A DNA stretch of 64,000 nt from Felis catus (GCF_018350175.1 NC_058368.1:143036001-143100000), one strand, 5' to 3'; positions 49,270 through 63,314 are shown, numbered from the stretch's first letter. Made by a program: numbers and translations. The notes: generated by a model from the letters alone, not told the origin.

Positions 49270-51943
49270 TTAAAAATTTATTTTTTAATTTACATCCAAG
49301 TTAGTTAGCATATAGTGCAATAATGATTTCCAGAACAGATTCCTTAACGCCCCTTACCCATTTAGCCCATACCCCCTCCCACAATCCCCCCAACAACCTT
49401 CTGTTCTCCATATTTAAGAGTCTGTTATGTTTTGTCCCCCTCCCTGTTTTTTTTTTTTTTTCAACGTTTATTTATTTGTGGGACAGAGAGAGACAGAGCA
49501 TGAACGGGGGAGGGGCAGAGAGAGAGGGAGACACAGAATGGGAAACAAGCTCCAGGCTCTGAGCCATCAGCCCAGAGCCTGACATGGGGCTCGAACTCAC
49601 GGACCGCGAGATCATGACCTGGCTTAAGTCGGACGCTTAACCGACTGCGCCACCCAAGCGCCCCCCCCTCCCTGTTTTATATTATTTTTGTTTCCCTTCC
49701 CTTATGTTCATCTGTTTTGTCTCTTAAAGTCCTCATATGAGTGTAGTCATGTGATATTTGTCTTTCTCTGACTAATTTCACTTAGCATAATACCCTCCAG
49801 TTCCATCCACGTAGTTGCAAATGGCAAGATTTCATTCTTTATGATCTCCAAGTAATACTCCACTGTATATGTATACCACATGTTTATCCATTCATCCATC
49901 GATGGACATTTGGGCTCTTTCCATACTTTGGCTGTTGTCGATAGTGCTGCTATAAAACATTGGGGTGCATGTGTCCCTTCGAAACAGCATACCTGTATCC
50001 CTTGGATAAATACTTAGTGCAATTGCTGGGTTGTAGGGTAGTTCTATTTTTAGTCTTTTGGGGGAACCTGCATACTCTTTTCCAGAGTGGCTGTACCAGC
50101 TTGCATTCCCACCAGCAGTGCAAAAAGAGATCCTCTTAGTCTGCATCCTCACCAACATCTGTTGTTGCTTGAGTTGTTAATGGTAGCCATTCTGACAGGT
50201 GTGAGGAAGTATCTCATTGTGGTTTTGATTTGTATTTCCCTGATGATGAGTGATGTTGAGCGTTTTTTCATGTGTTGGTTGGCCATCTGGATGTCTTCTT
50301 TGGAGAAGTGTCTACTCATGTCTTTTGCTCATTTCCTCATGGATTATTTATTTTTTGGGTGTTGAGTTTGATAAGTTCTTTATAGGTTTTGGATACTAAC
50401 CCTTTATGTGATATGTCATTTGCAAATATCTTCTCCCATTCTGTCGGTTGCCTTTTAGTTTTGCTGTTTGTTTCCTTTGCTGTTGAGAATCTTTTTTATT
50501 TTGATGAGGTCCCAGTAGTTCATTTTTGCTTTCATTTCCCTTGCCTCTGGAGACATGTTGAGTAAGAAGTTGCTGCAGCCAAGGTCAGAGGTTTTTACCT
50601 GCTCTCTCCTCAAGGATTTTGATGGCTTCCTGTCTTACATTTAGGTTTTTCATCCATGTTGAGTTTATTTTTGTGTACAGTGTAAGAAAGTCCAGATTCA
50701 TTCTTCCGAATGTCGCTGTCCAGTTTTCCCAGGACCACTTGCTGAAGAGACTGTCTTTATTCCATTGGATGTTCTTTCCTGCTTGGTCAAAGATTAGTTG
50801 GCCATATGTTTGTGGGTCCCTTTCTGGGTTCTCTATTCTGTTCCACTGATGTGAGCGTTTGTTCTTTGCCAGTACCATACTGTCTTGATGATTACAGCTT
50901 TGTAGTATAGCTTGAAGTCAGAGATTGTGATGCCTCCTGCTTTGGTTTTCTTTTTCAAGATTGCTTTGGCTATTCGGGGTCTTTTCTGGTTCCTTACAAA
51001 TTTTAGGATTATTTGTTGTAGCTCTGTGAAGAATGCTGGTCTTATTTTGATAGGTATTGGCATTGAATATGTAGATTGCTTTGGGTAGTATTGACATTTT
51101 AACAGTGTTCTGGATAGGAGCATGGAATATTTTTGCATTTTTTTGTGTGTGTCTTCTTCAATTTCTTTCATAAGCTTTCTTTCATAAGTTTTCAGTGTAA
51201 AGACTTTTTACCTCTTTGCTTAGATTTATTCCTAGGTATTTTATGGGTTTTGGTACAATTTTAAATGGGATTAATGCCTTGATTTCTCTTTCTGTTGCTT
51301 CATTGTTGGTGTATAGGAATGCAGCCAATTTCTGTGCATTGATTTTATGTCCTGTCACTTTGCTAAATTCATGGATCAGTTCTAGCAGTTTTTTGGTGGA
51401 ATATTTTGGGTTTTCCATATAGAGTATTAGGTCATCTGCGAAGAGTGAAGTGTGACCTCCTCCTGGCAGATTTGGATGCCTTTTATTTCTTTGTGTTGTC
51501 TGATTGCTGAGGCTAATACACTCAATACTATGTTGAATAACAGTGGTGAGAGTGAAGATCCCTGTCTTGTTCCTGGTCTTAGGGGGAAAACTCAATTTTT
51601 CCCCATTATAGACGATATTAGCGGTGGGTCTTATTATTCATATACAGTTTTTATGGTCTCGAGGTGTGCTCCTTCTATCCCTTCTTTCTTGAGGGTTTTT
51701 ATCAAGAAAGGATACTCTATTTTGTTAAATGGTTTCTCTGCATCTATTGAGAGGATCATGTGGTTCTTGTTCTTTCTTTTATTGATGTGAATTAATCACA
51801 TTGATTGTTTTGCTGATACTAAACCAGCCCTGCTGCCCAGGTATAAATCCCACTTGGTTGCGGTTAATATTTTTTTTTAATGTATTGTTGGATATGGTTG
51901 GCTAATATCTTGTTGAGGATTTTTGCATCTGTGTTCATCAGGG
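49270..51943 (-). mobile_element. 5'-truncated carnivore/felid L1 (RT to 3' UTR)
   Basis: ORF2 fragments 51182-51595 (FADDL), 50585-51171 and 49892-50158, plus an L1 3' UTR. TSD core ACAGATGGC (49257-49265 / 51944-51952). Confidence 0.92.
49451..49664 (-). mobile_element. Young SINEC_Fc nested in L1 3' UTR
   Basis: TSD cccctccctgtttt. Confidence 0.92.
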
Positions 51944-52177
51944 ACAGATGGCTTCTTATGAAAGGGTATTCAGCATGGTCATTTGCTGATAGTTTTCTTA
52001 ACTATTAGAAGAAGCAAATCTCCTTGTTGTTCATGGGTCACCTGTAGTTTTAAAAATGAATGAAGATTAAAGCTTGTGTTAGGGATAAACCTAAGATGGT
52101 GTCCTATATGGTATATAATGACATTTCATGGTTTAGGCACAACTGTTCAGTTGGTGCTCTTTTTCTTAATGTTTATT

Positions 52178-52508
52178 TATTTATTTATTTATTTATTTAA
52201 AAAAAATTTTTTTTCAATGTTTATTTATTTGTGGGACAGAGAGAGACAGAGCATGAACGGGGGAGGGGCAGAGAGAGAGGAAGACACAGAATCGGAAACA
52301 GGCTCCAGGCTCTGAGCCATCAGCCCAGAGCCTGACGCGGGGCTCGAACCCACGGACCGCGAGATCGTGCCCTGGCTGAAGTCGGACGCTTAACTGACTG
52401 CGCCACCCAGGCGCCCCTCTTAATGTTTATTTTGAGAGAGAGCTCAAGCAGGGGAGGGGCAGAGAGAGAAGGAGAGAGAGAATCCCACGTAGGTTCTGCA
52501 CTGTCAGC
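52178..52508 (-). mobile_element. Young SINEC_Fc (to 52417) inserted in the tail of an older partial CanSINE
   Basis: TSD tcttaatgtttattt. Confidence 0.9.
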
Positions 52509-52591
52509 AATGTATTGTATCCTACATTATGTCATTAAGTCATTTTTGGAAAAACATGAAGTCAATTTCTTTTCACCAGTAGGCCATATGT

Positions 52592-52594
<3 letters not shown>

Positions 52595-52677
<83 letters not shown>
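52595..52677. repeat. Compound (AT)n(AC)n microsatellite
   Basis: Read directly; lies at a SINE tail. Confidence 0.95.
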
Positions 52678-52679
<2 letters not shown>

Positions 52680-52680
<1 letters not shown>

Positions 52681-52878
52681 TTTTTAATTTTTTAATTTAC
52701 TTTTGAGAGAAAGAGTACGCGAGTGGGTGAGCAGCAGAGAGAGAGGGGTGGGAGGGAACAGAAGATCCCAGGCGGGCTCTGCATTGACAGCAGAGAGCCC
52801 CCATGCAGGGCTCAAACTTACAAACTGTGAGATTGTGACCTGAATGAAAGTCCAACACTCAACTGATTGAGCCACTGC
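52680..52878 (-). mobile_element. CanSINE with its head fused to an L1 fragment
   Basis: Body ends tgagccactg and runs directly into L1 cattcattctttag. Confidence 0.82.
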
Positions 52879-54045
52879 ATTCATTCTTTAGTAATTCTTT
52901 AGTAGTATGTTCTTTAACCTCCACGTTATTTGTGGTCTTTCCAAATTTTTTCTTCTGGTTGACTTCAAGTTCATATCATTGTGGTCTGAAAATATGTATG
53001 GTATTGTCTCAGTCTTTTTGTACTTGTTGAGGGCTTGTTACCCAGTAGGAGATCTTAAAGGATGTTCTTTGTGCCCTCAAAAAGAACATGTATTCTGCTG
53101 CTTTAGAATGAAATGTTCTGAATATATGTTAACTCCATCTGGTCCAGTGTGTTACTCAAAGCCATGGTTTCAGGGCCCCTGGGTGGCTCGCTCAGTTAAG
53201 CATCCAGCTTTGGCTCAGGTCATGATCTCTTGGTTTGTGAGTTTGAGCCCCCCATCGGTTTGTCTGCTGTCAGCACTGAGCCCATTTTGGATCCTCTTTC
53301 CTGTTTCTCTGTCCCTCCCCCACTCATTCATATTCATTCATTCTCCCCCCTCTCTCCCTCCCTCCCTCTCCCCCCACCCCCCCCAAATAAATAAATAAAT
53401 CAACTAAAAAAAAAAAGGCAATTACTTTCATGTTGATTTTCTGCTTAGGTGAACTATCCATTGTTGTACATGGTGTGTTAAAGTCCCATACTGCTTTTGT
53501 ATTATTATCAATGAATTTCTTTGTTTATTAATTTATTTATGTATTTAGGTGCTTTCACATTGGGGGCATAAATAGTTACAATCGTTAGATCTTCTTCTTG
53601 GATAGACCCCTTAATTAGGATGTACTGCCTCTTTTTCATCTCTTTTAACAGGGTTTGGTTTAAAATCTAGTTTGTCTGATAATAAGTATGGCTACTCTGG
53701 CTTTTTATGTGCATTAGCATGCTAGATAGTTCTCTATCCCTTCACTTTCAATCTTCTGGTGTCTTTAGGTCTAAAATGAGTCTCTTACAGGCAGCATATA
53801 GATGTGTCTTGTTTTTATTTATCCATTCTGATACCCTGTGTCTTTTGATTGAAGCATGTAGTCCATTTACATTTGGAGTGACTATTGATAGATACGAATT
53901 CAGAGTCTTTGTGTTATGTGTAAAGTTGGTGTTTCTGTTCCTTTCTAGTCTTTGTTGCCCCTCTCCCCCAACACACCCACAGTCCCCTTTTAATATTTCT
54001 TCCAGTAGTGTGGTCAACAACTGCTTTAGTTTTTGTTTGGGAAAC
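52879..54045 (-). mobile_element. Carnivore L1 fragment (ORF1 end and ORF2 endonuclease region)
   Basis: Peptide TLNSYLSIVTPNVNGLHASIKRHRVSEWI (53748-54020); similar to 19020-20170. Confidence 0.85.
53173..53416 (+). mobile_element. CanSINE nested in L1 fragment
   Basis: Head, C-rich tract and A tail. Confidence 0.85.
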
Positions 54046-54064
54046 CATGCATGCTTAATTTAGT

Positions 54065-54860
54065 TTTTTGATAGAATGATCTTTATATGGTTAATACCAC
54101 ATTTTGTGCATTCATCAGTTGATAAACATTTGGGCTCTTTCTGCTTTTGGAGCTATTATGAACCATGCTGCTGTGAACCCTGTCATGTATAGGGTTTTCA
54201 TTTATCTTGGTATGTCCCTAGGAGAAAACTGTTTAACTTTTTAAGGAACTGTCAGACTGTTTTCCTAAGCAGCTGTTCCCAACAGCAGTGTACAACAGTT
54301 AGAATTTCTACACATCTTGTTCTACACAATCATTAACACTTAAAATGTGTCTTTTTTATTATGGCATCTTGGTTGAGTGTGAAGTGGTATTTCATTGAGT
54401 TTTTATTTAAAAAAAAATTTTTTTTTAACATTTATTTATTTTTGAGACAGAGAGAGACAGAGCATGAACGGGGGAGGGTCAGAGAGAGAGGGAGACACAG
54501 AATCTGAAACAGGCTCCAGGCTCTGAGCAGTCAGCACAGAGCCCGACGCGGGGCTCGAACCCACGGACAGTGAGATCGTGACCTGAGCCGAAGTCGGACG
54601 CCTAACCGACTGATCCACCCAGGCGCCCCTCATTGTGTTTTTAGATGCATTTCCCTCATGGTATTTATATTGAGTATCTCTTCATTTGCTTATTCCCTAC
54701 TTATTTATCTTCTTTGGAGAAACATCTGTTCATATCTTTTACATTTTAAAATTGTGGTTTTCTTTATTACTAAGTTGAAAGACTTCTTTATATATTCTAT
54801 ATACAAGTTTTTTATAAGATACATAATTTGAAAATATTTGCTCCCATTCTATGGATTGAC
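54065..54860 (-). mobile_element. Ancient L1M 3' fragment
   Basis: cattcatcagttgataaacatttggg...ttaaggaactgtcagactgttttc...tctttggagaaacatctgttca. Confidence 0.7.
54405..54629 (-). mobile_element. CanSINE
   Basis: TSD tcattg(a/t)gttttta. Confidence 0.9.
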
Positions 54861-55349
54861 TGTATTGGTTGTTAGAACACTGGCTATATGTGGCAGTAGT
54901 ATATTTTAGTCTCTAAGGAAAAACAAAATGTCTCCGCTTTTATTAGTACAGCTGTATGAAATTTTTTTGGCTTAGTTGGTCCCTATTGACATTTTAAAAG
55001 TGCATATGCTTATGTACTCTTGTTAAAAAGTAGTGAGATAGCTTATAATGTATAATGACTATGATCTAGAAAGAAATCTTTTTGTTAATGACTTTAAATT
55101 GTGATTTTTTTTCCCCTTATATTTTATTTGCTACTAGTGTTAAAGGCAAAATTGTAACTTGTCTTGTCCTGGAACTTTTTCACCCTGTATTCAGAATCTC
55201 TTTGCAAGGATTTCAGTCCTACTCATGTTCTCCTGAAGCATTTCTGTTGCAATCTCCTTTTCCTAGTAAGCTTTCTCATTAGTCACAAGCTGTCTGAAAT
55301 ACTAAGTTCCAGAACTTTTAAAACGTAATATCCTAGGTTTTGGTTTTTG

Positions 55350-55351
<2 letters not shown>

Positions 55352-55391
<40 letters not shown>
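55352..55391. repeat. (GT)n microsatellite
   Basis: Read directly. Confidence 0.95.
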
Positions 55392-55394
<3 letters not shown>

Positions 55395-56007
55395 AATCCT
55401 AGCATTTTATTGCCTGGGAAGTTGAGTACCATTCTTTGTCTTTATCACATGTGCTAGCTTTGTTGCTCTAACCAGGCTGACAGTGAATTATAGAGTGCCT
55501 AAAAGAACTGCTTAGGGTAAGATTTCTGACTGTTTGCTATTGTAAGAACATTGTTCTTACTGGAATTGGTCTAGGGTTGTAGAGGAAGGGCTGGGCTACA
55601 ATGGGCCCCAGGAGTCTAGGATGATTACCTGTGGGGTCATTTTCCCTGGGGCCACCCCATTACCTTAATGGTCTCCTTCTTAATGTTCTGGATTGTGTTT
55701 AAATTCTTCAAAGGGTTTGGTAAACATACCAGCCATTCTTGCCAGGTTTATGCTTGAGTGTATATAATGTACATATTGTGTTTTTTATGTATATCTATGA
55801 TGTACTACACCAGTTTTATTAGCATTAATTTAAGGTGACCACATTACTCATGAGAAACAGAGCAAATATGAATTAAGTCCATCCCAAACAGATGATTTTC
55901 CATTGAACACTTGATAATACAGTACTGCTCTGTTATTTAAATTATGGGGAGACTTTTGTTCTTTAAAAAAAAATACATTATATTGTGTCTGGTTTTTTTT
56001 GTTTTTG

Positions 56008-56233
56008 TTTTTTTTTTTTTAATTTTTTTTTTCAACGTTTATTTATTTTTGGGACAGAGAGAGACAGAGCATGAATGGGGGAGGGGCAGAGAGAGAGGGA
56101 GACACAATCGGAAACAGGCTCCAGGCTCTGAGCCATCAGCCCAGAGCCCGACGCGGGGCTCGAACTCATGGACCGCGAGATCGTGACCTGGCTGAAGTCG
56201 GACGCTTAACCGACTGCGCCACCCAGGCACCCC
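56008..56233 (-). mobile_element. Young SINEC_Fc
   Basis: TSD core ttgtttttgttttt. Confidence 0.92.
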
Positions 56234-56305
56234 TTGTTTTTGTTTTTAAAGAGAAAACTTCTTCCTGATGTGACAACATAAAATACTTTAAAAAATAAAA
56301 TCAGA

Positions 56306-56535
56306 GGAGTGCCTGGGTGGCTCAGTCGGTTAAGTGTACGACTTTGGCTCAGGTCATGATCTCACAGTTCATGAGTTCGAGCCCTGCATCGGTTTGAGCC
56401 CCGCATCGGGCTCTGTGCTGACAGCTCAGAGCCTGGAGCCTGTTTCAGATTCCGTGTCTCCCTCTCTCTCTGCCCCTCCCCCACTCAAGCTCTGTCTCCC
56501 TCTGTCTCAAAAATAAACATTAAGAAAAATTTTTT
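56306..56535 (+). mobile_element. CanSINE with a short internal duplication
   Basis: gagccctgcatcgg then tttgagccccgcatcgg; TSD core taaaatcaga. Confidence 0.9.
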
Positions 56536-56861
56536 TAGTTAAAATCAGAAATTTAAAAAAAAATCAGAAATTAAAAAATATTTAGTAATAATTGATATGA
56601 GTGTAGTGCTAAACTTGTAAATTCTTAAGTACCAAATTATACCTACATAAGCAAAACTATATTTGACATTTAAATTCTTTAACTCCTTTAAATATGCTTT
56701 AGGAGTACATACCATTTTTTTTAATCTGTCTCCTTTATAAATGTTTCTGGATCTTGATTGTAGTCATTCTTACCCTTTTGAGGTCCAGACTCCTGCACTA
56801 TTAAGAATTTGAAAGCTGGCACGGTGTGTGTGGGGTGGGGGGGAGTAGGGGTGGGGTGAGC

Positions 56862-57062
56862 ATGCCCGGGTGGCTCAGTTGGTTGAGCATCTCACTGTTG
56901 ACCTCAGCTCGGGTCATGATCACAAGGTAATGGGATCGAGCCCCTTGTTGGGCTTTGCTCTGAGCATGGAGCCAGCTTGCAGTTCTCTCTCTGTGTCCCT
57001 TTTCCCCACCCTCCCACTTGCATATGTCTGTGCTCTCTTGCTCTCTCGCTCTCTATAAAAAA
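56862..57062 (+). mobile_element. CanSINE preceded by a G-rich tract
   Basis: Body present; aagaatttgaaa repeated at ~56803 and ~57061. Confidence 0.82.
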
Positions 57063-57842
57063 GAATTTGAAACCTAGGAACTCTCTACTGAGAGAAATAT
57101 GCATATACTCACAGTTCTGCAGACAAATTTAACAGGTTTGCAAATCATCTGTACCTGAACCTTTGATCCCAGATTGCCACTGGTGTTCAAATTTTCCCAT
57201 CAAAAACTCCTGAAAACATTGATGTCTCTTTGGCTCAATACCTTTGAAAGAACCCAGGGTGAGTTTAATTAGTCACAGCCACAGAACAAAACGAAAATAC
57301 ATAAAATGACAAAGGGTTAGGAATAGTATATGTGTAAAAAATATTATTAAAATAAGGATTATTAATGAAATAAGGTGATTCTGTTTGTAGTTATTAATTG
57401 AAATAGGAGATGCCAAGATTGAGATGCTAGGATGAAACATCAGAAAATACAATCACATCTCATTTAGCATGTTCTCTGCTTAACAGAGAATTAACCAGAA
57501 AACTTTTTGGATGACAGTCCTTCCTTGTTGAACGTTCTAAGAAAGATACCAATGTGCTTTCTTTTCTCGGCAGAGAATGCCAACCATTCGCCATACATTT
57601 TTTAGAAACTTTGATTCCTTGAGTTCCTCTCTATGAACATATATCTACCGCTAGAATATTGAGCTAAATACATACCAGTCCTGAGGCTACATCCTCACTA
57701 TCCATAATTTTGTTATTCTTCTAAAATCATACAGCTAAAGTGTTTTTAAGGTTATATTCCCCCATGTCATTTCTCTTTAAATCATTAAGTATTTATGGAG
57801 CATTTACAGTATACCCTAGGGGACCTAAGCTTAGGGTCTAGA

Positions 57843-58033
57843 CAGTGCTATTCAGTAGAACTTCCTACAACAATGGATGTGTTTTATATTTGCACTTTTC
57901 AGTAGTGTACCTACTACTCAGATATCTATTGAGCTCTTGAAAAGTGATTTATGTGACAGAGGAACAGAATTTTAATTTAATTTCTATTTAAATAGCCACA
58001 TGTAACTTTAGGCTACCATATTTGGACAGAATA
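57843..58033. mobile_element. MER3-like hAT-Charlie element
   Basis: cagtgctattcagtagaactt...ctattgagctcttgaaa...tttaaatagccacatgt...ggctaccatatttggacag. Confidence 0.75.
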
Positions 58034-58034
58034 A

Positions 58035-58210
58035 TGTAGATCCTGATTCTGCAAACTTATTACTTACATAACCTTGGGTAAATTACTTAACCTCTCTATA
58101 AAATAAGATCAATAGATACCTTTTAGGAAAGTGATGATTTCATTGGTTAATGTATATAAAGTATTTAGCATAATGCCTGGCACACAGAGTAAGAACTCTA
58201 TAAATCTTAG
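58035..58210 (+). mobile_element. MIR SINE relic
   Basis: accttgggtaaattacttaacctctct...gtatataaagtatttagcataatgcctggcacacag. Confidence 0.7.
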
Positions 58211-60756
58211 ACACGATTACTCTAATCTGTGTTACATATTATGCAAGTATCAAGGAAGGGAATAGAAAGATGGGAAAAATATAATTCCCATGCTTCAGAC
58301 AGTTATATTTCAAATGGACCTTTCCAAGAAGTTTCAACAGCAGGGAGCTTTGGTGTGATGGACACAGTCTGAACAGAGGTAGGGCAGCTAGGGTGCTAGT
58401 CCAGGTAGTGACTCTCTTTTTTTGTTTTTAATTTATTAACAAACATGTAGATAGTCTGTTCTGTATCTATACATTAGAAATTTCAAAGTCTTTAAGTAGA
58501 AAAACCTAGGTAATACTGTAAAAGTTTTTATATTACTTATGAAATTCTCTTTTAGTCATCTTAAGATATTTTGATATTGATTACAAAAAAATGAATAGAA
58601 AAGTTTAAAAATGTTTCTGGCCCTATCTTTAGTGTTTTATGTATATTATCTCTTAAATCTAAAACATAACCCTTTATACTACAAGCCTATAAGCCATTGT
58701 CTCAAATCTCTGAGGCCAGATATGTTTTATTAGAGTTCTAAGTTTTCCAAATTTTAGACAGATTAGGACATATAACTTCAGACAAGTGTTCTTATTCCAT
58801 TAATGAAACATACTTTCATTAAATGGAATAAATAGGGATTCACATCATTTCTGGATAGCTTCCTACAAATGGATTACGAGATTAGGTTTTGACATCAAAG
58901 AAATTATGGCTGTTTTTAGTTTTCAAAGAGTTCTGAAATGTGGAGTTCTAGATAATTCCTTGTGTTTATATGTATTCTCCATATTTGTGAAGCTGTTATT
59001 GGTAGAACCTCATATAGTCAGGTTTGTTTGTACCAATCCTCGTGTACTTTCCATCCTTGCCACATAGTAAAAGGGCTAGTCTTGACTGACAGCTTGCTGA
59101 GCTTGCCTTTAATGTAATGTCTCTTGTGCGGTACGTGGTTTTCATGATGACTGAACCCTCATTTCATTTATTGCTAACTGCTATACTTTCCATAACTCAG
59201 CCAGCCAGCAGGTGCCCAGTGAGAATTTATTGAATGCATGACTCCACCCACAGATACTCTGAAAGTTCTAATTTTTGTAGCTCCTCTCATGTCATAGAGT
59301 TTTTCGAGCATAGTAGAGTGAAAGGCAAGATATGGGCATCATTAGTTTGTATAAATTGCTTCATGTCTTGTTTCATGGTATAGTATAGTCAAAATAGGAA
59401 ACAAGAACACCACTGTTATTGTGCATAGTGGGAATGATTATCAGTGGGGTTAGTAATGTACGATGTCCTTATGTGGATGTTGGATGTTGATTGGTACTTC
59501 ATTTCCTTGCTAGATTTACTGTAAAAACATTTTTCTTTTTTTTCTTTTCCATATTTATTAGAATGGTGCTCCCTACTTATGTCTAGTGGAAAGGCCATTC
59601 TTATAGGAATTGGGAGGATTGGGTCAGGCACAATGTTGCTGGTATTACCTGCATTACACTGGGAAGGCAGTTTGTTTTGGGGGTCTTGATGTCCTGATAC
59701 CAGAAGTTTGTTCAGAAGGTAAAAGTTGAGCTGAATAAAATTTCAAGATAGCAAAGTGTGAAAACTTGGCAATTTGATTGTCTCCTTTGAGCACTTACCT
59801 TACTTTCTAGGCTTCTTTATTGCCCAGGGAAGCAGTGACCCTAGGCGTAACAAAGGTGCCCAACTATGGCACCTACCTTCTCTGCATTGTTCCATTGTCC
59901 AGAATTAGTGTTGCTTGTACTCTTGATTCCCATTCCCTTAGTTCTGTGCCTGTCCCCTGAATTAGATACCAGGAGAAAAATCAGTTTGGAAATTAAGATA
60001 TTTTAGGGAAGGGATTTGGAACAGCATACACTTCATATAACTCTGCATGTCTTTCACTGCCTCCATGTCAAAGTTTAAATAAACCTTAGAGCACAATTTT
60101 ACCCTCCCAAATTTCCCTTGTCTCTTATCTCTCTCTCCTTAGTTTATCCCATAAAAAATCCTCTCTACTGCAGTCCCTACAACCCTTTTACTTGTCATGA
60201 TGCCCACCCCTGCTTTATTGTTTGTTCTTTCAGAGGTTGGGATTCAATAGATCCTCTGCCTGCACTTCTGCGTCTGAGGTTTTTTCATTTTTGTACCTTG
60301 CGATAGCAGATCTACCTCTTGACTTCCTTGCTTTGAATGGAACTCAGTAAACCAGAAAGTTGGCGATGAGGTCACTTCTTGTAAGAATACACCCCTTCCT
60401 TTCTCAGTTTGATATTTGATATTGGCTGACAGTGTAAAAGTATGCCAACAAGGGGCTTTCAGCTTTCTTTTCCTTAAGCAAAGTATTGGACAAGAGTCAA
60501 ACTTAGAGTATAGGGGAAGCCCTAGCACAGTGATATGAACACGGCAGACAAATGGTTGCTTTCAGCTGGAGAGAACTAGAGATAGTGAAGGTGGAACTAA
60601 TAGTTCCAGACCTTGATCTGAACAGTGTCACTGTTCATGAAGGTTTTAGACTGATACACACTAAGGTTTTATCTTAACTGATTGTAATTTTCCAGAGAAT
60701 AAAGCCTTTAACATTATGTATTTTATTTATTTTTTAAAGCTTAATCTTCTCACTAG

Positions 60757-60788
<32 letters not shown>

Positions 60789-60967
60789 CAGACAGAGTGT
60801 GTGAGCAGAGGAAGGACAGAGAGAGAAGAAGAGAGAGAATCCCAAGCAGGCTCCACGCTGTCAGTGCATAGCCTGATGTGGGACTTGATCTCACAAACCG
60901 TGAGATCATTAGCTGAGTCAAAACCCAAGAGTTGGATGCTTAACCAACTGAGCCACCCAGGCACCCC
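60757..60967 (-). mobile_element. CanSINE
   Basis: Full body. Confidence 0.87.
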
Positions 60968-61456
60968 AATGTTATGTATTTCACATGTTTGTATGCTGTG
61001 CTCACAGAAAGTATGGGTGCTAGTAACAGAGGAATATGCATTTTGGAGCTGTGGTCTCCAGAGCTAGATAAGAAGCCCAAGGTTGTATGCAAAGGGATGT
61101 TTGTAATTTATAGTGAGACTGAAAGTCTCAGACAAGAAATGACACGTTCATATTTTATGACTTAGGACCAAAACACCAGGATTTCATTTTGTCAGTATTC
61201 TCCTCCATGAGACACTGTAATGGAATCTTGTGGTTTGTTCCATATTTACTGTTTGTCACTCATAAAATATTTCCTAATGCAGCAGGATCATTGGCCTACA
61301 ATTCATTAAATATTCAGTGTAAAAATTTTATAACATTTATGAAAGAGCACTGTACTTAATTAACCTGATTATTATTAAATGTATACCGTTAAGTGTATAC
61401 CATTGCACATTTAGATTACAGGCTAAGTGTTGCTTTGCAGTTTACAAGGAACTTGA

Positions 61457-61634
61457 GGGGCATCTGGATAGCTTAGTTGGTTAAGCATCCAACTCTTGAT
61501 TTCAACTCTGGTCATGATCTCACAGTTCGTAGGATTGGTTTGTGGGATTGAGCCCTGTGCCAGGCTGTGCACTGACAACACGGAGCCTGCTTGGGATTCC
61601 TTCCCTCCCTCCCTCCCTCCCTCCCTCCCTCCCT

Positions 61635-61690
<56 letters not shown>

Positions 61691-61715
61691 ATAAATGAAC
61701 CTTAAAAAAAATAAA
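61457..61715 (+). mobile_element. CanSINE with (CCCT)n(CT)n microsatellite
   Basis: TSD core aagga(a/c)cttga. Confidence 0.88.
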
Positions 61716-61811
61716 GGACCTTGAAATTATATGCTAAAAAATACTCTAGTCTTCAGGTAAGACTGTGTTGGATATCTAGAATTTAAAGGAAAGGCTGGAC
61801 TCTTGTTTAGT

Positions 61812-61984
61812 CTTTTTTTTTTTTAATTTTATTATTTTGAGAGAGAGCGGGGGAGGGTCAGAGAGAGAGGGAACAGGGGCTCCACACTGACAGCAGAGAG
61901 CCCGACACAGGGCTCGAACTCATGAACCATGAGATCATGACCTGAGCCAAAGGCAGACACTTGACTGAGCCACCCAGGTGCCCC
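61812..61984 (-). mobile_element. CanSINE
   Basis: Perfect TSD aggctggactcttgttta. Confidence 0.9.
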
Positions 61985-63314
61985 AGGCTGGACTCTTGTT
62001 TAAACATACTCTCTTTATGTGCTAACACGATTCACCAACCTCATCAGACAAAAGAGATCATTTTGCAGCCATAAGAATTCACTGTCTTTGCTGCCAAGCC
62101 TGTCCCGAGGGTACCAGCCAAGTATCTCCTTGGTATTCTGGGAGCCCCAGGTGACCCCTCAGAGGAGCTCACAAACATTTCCCTCCTTTTCCTCTGTTTC
62201 TCCTCCACCCCCTTTGGTAGTCATCCCCTGGGATGCCACTTGAGGCCAGGGCCTCCTCACCAGTGTTGCTTATTCTTCCAGGGCACACTGATACCTGTGA
62301 CCGTGTCCTGCAGTTTCTAAGCATGAACATTTAATATGCTAAAGTGGTAGTACTATATTCTTAGATGTTTTGAGAGGAATGCTTTACTCTCTCACATGCC
62401 TGTCCTTCAATGACTCCTGAAAAGCCATCCTGTCAGCTCCTCCTTAGAGCCATCTTTCTTCACAGATCCAAGTAGGAATCCATGGAAATAGTGGGGTTGG
62501 GGACTAGTATCTGAAGCATACTTTGTTCATAGTAATTTCCTTCGGTTGCTTGGCAAAATCTCTTCTCCCTCTCCTTTCTGGACCAAAAACTAATCAACCG
62601 ACCAACCAAGCAAACTTCATATGAGAACACCCACCACTTCATGAGACCTGTCTAGAAACCGTTCAGTCTCACCTTAGGTTGGATGTAGGATCCTAACTGC
62701 ATTTATGTAAAGATACTAATAGTTATCATTGTTAGTAGATAGCAGGGGTTTTCCTACAGTCATTTCTGTCCTGCTATTCACCTTGCTCCCCCAGTGACCA
62801 GCTCCTAGAAGCTAATGAAGCTGTGACCATGGAGCAAAACACAGCTCACAGCTCTGGATGTGTAGGGTGACCAGACTTCTACCCCCTGGTTATAACTATC
62901 TGAGTATGGATGAATCTTATTTACATATCTTATTCATACATAATCTCATTCATATATGGAAGGAATAACTGCATAGGTTAGTACATCCACTTTTGAGAGG
63001 AAAGAACACTATTAATATTTATGTCAGAATAATTAGAATAATATAGTATCCTAAACATGACCTGTGATATGAGTAAACTTAAAAACGTTATTTTTACCAT
63101 GTATGTCTAGTTATTTCCAAAACTATATGTTTGGATTATTGCTGTTTTTCTGTCTTTTAAAAAAAATCTTTACTTCTTGTTTATAAGGTTCTTTCTTGGA
63201 ACAGTTGCTTCGTGGATTTATGCTGTATGATTAGTTTTCATTTCTAATCCTAACCTGATTTGTTTTCCTTGTCCCAACCAATTAGAAATGTTCTTATTTT
63301 TATTTTCAATGCAG

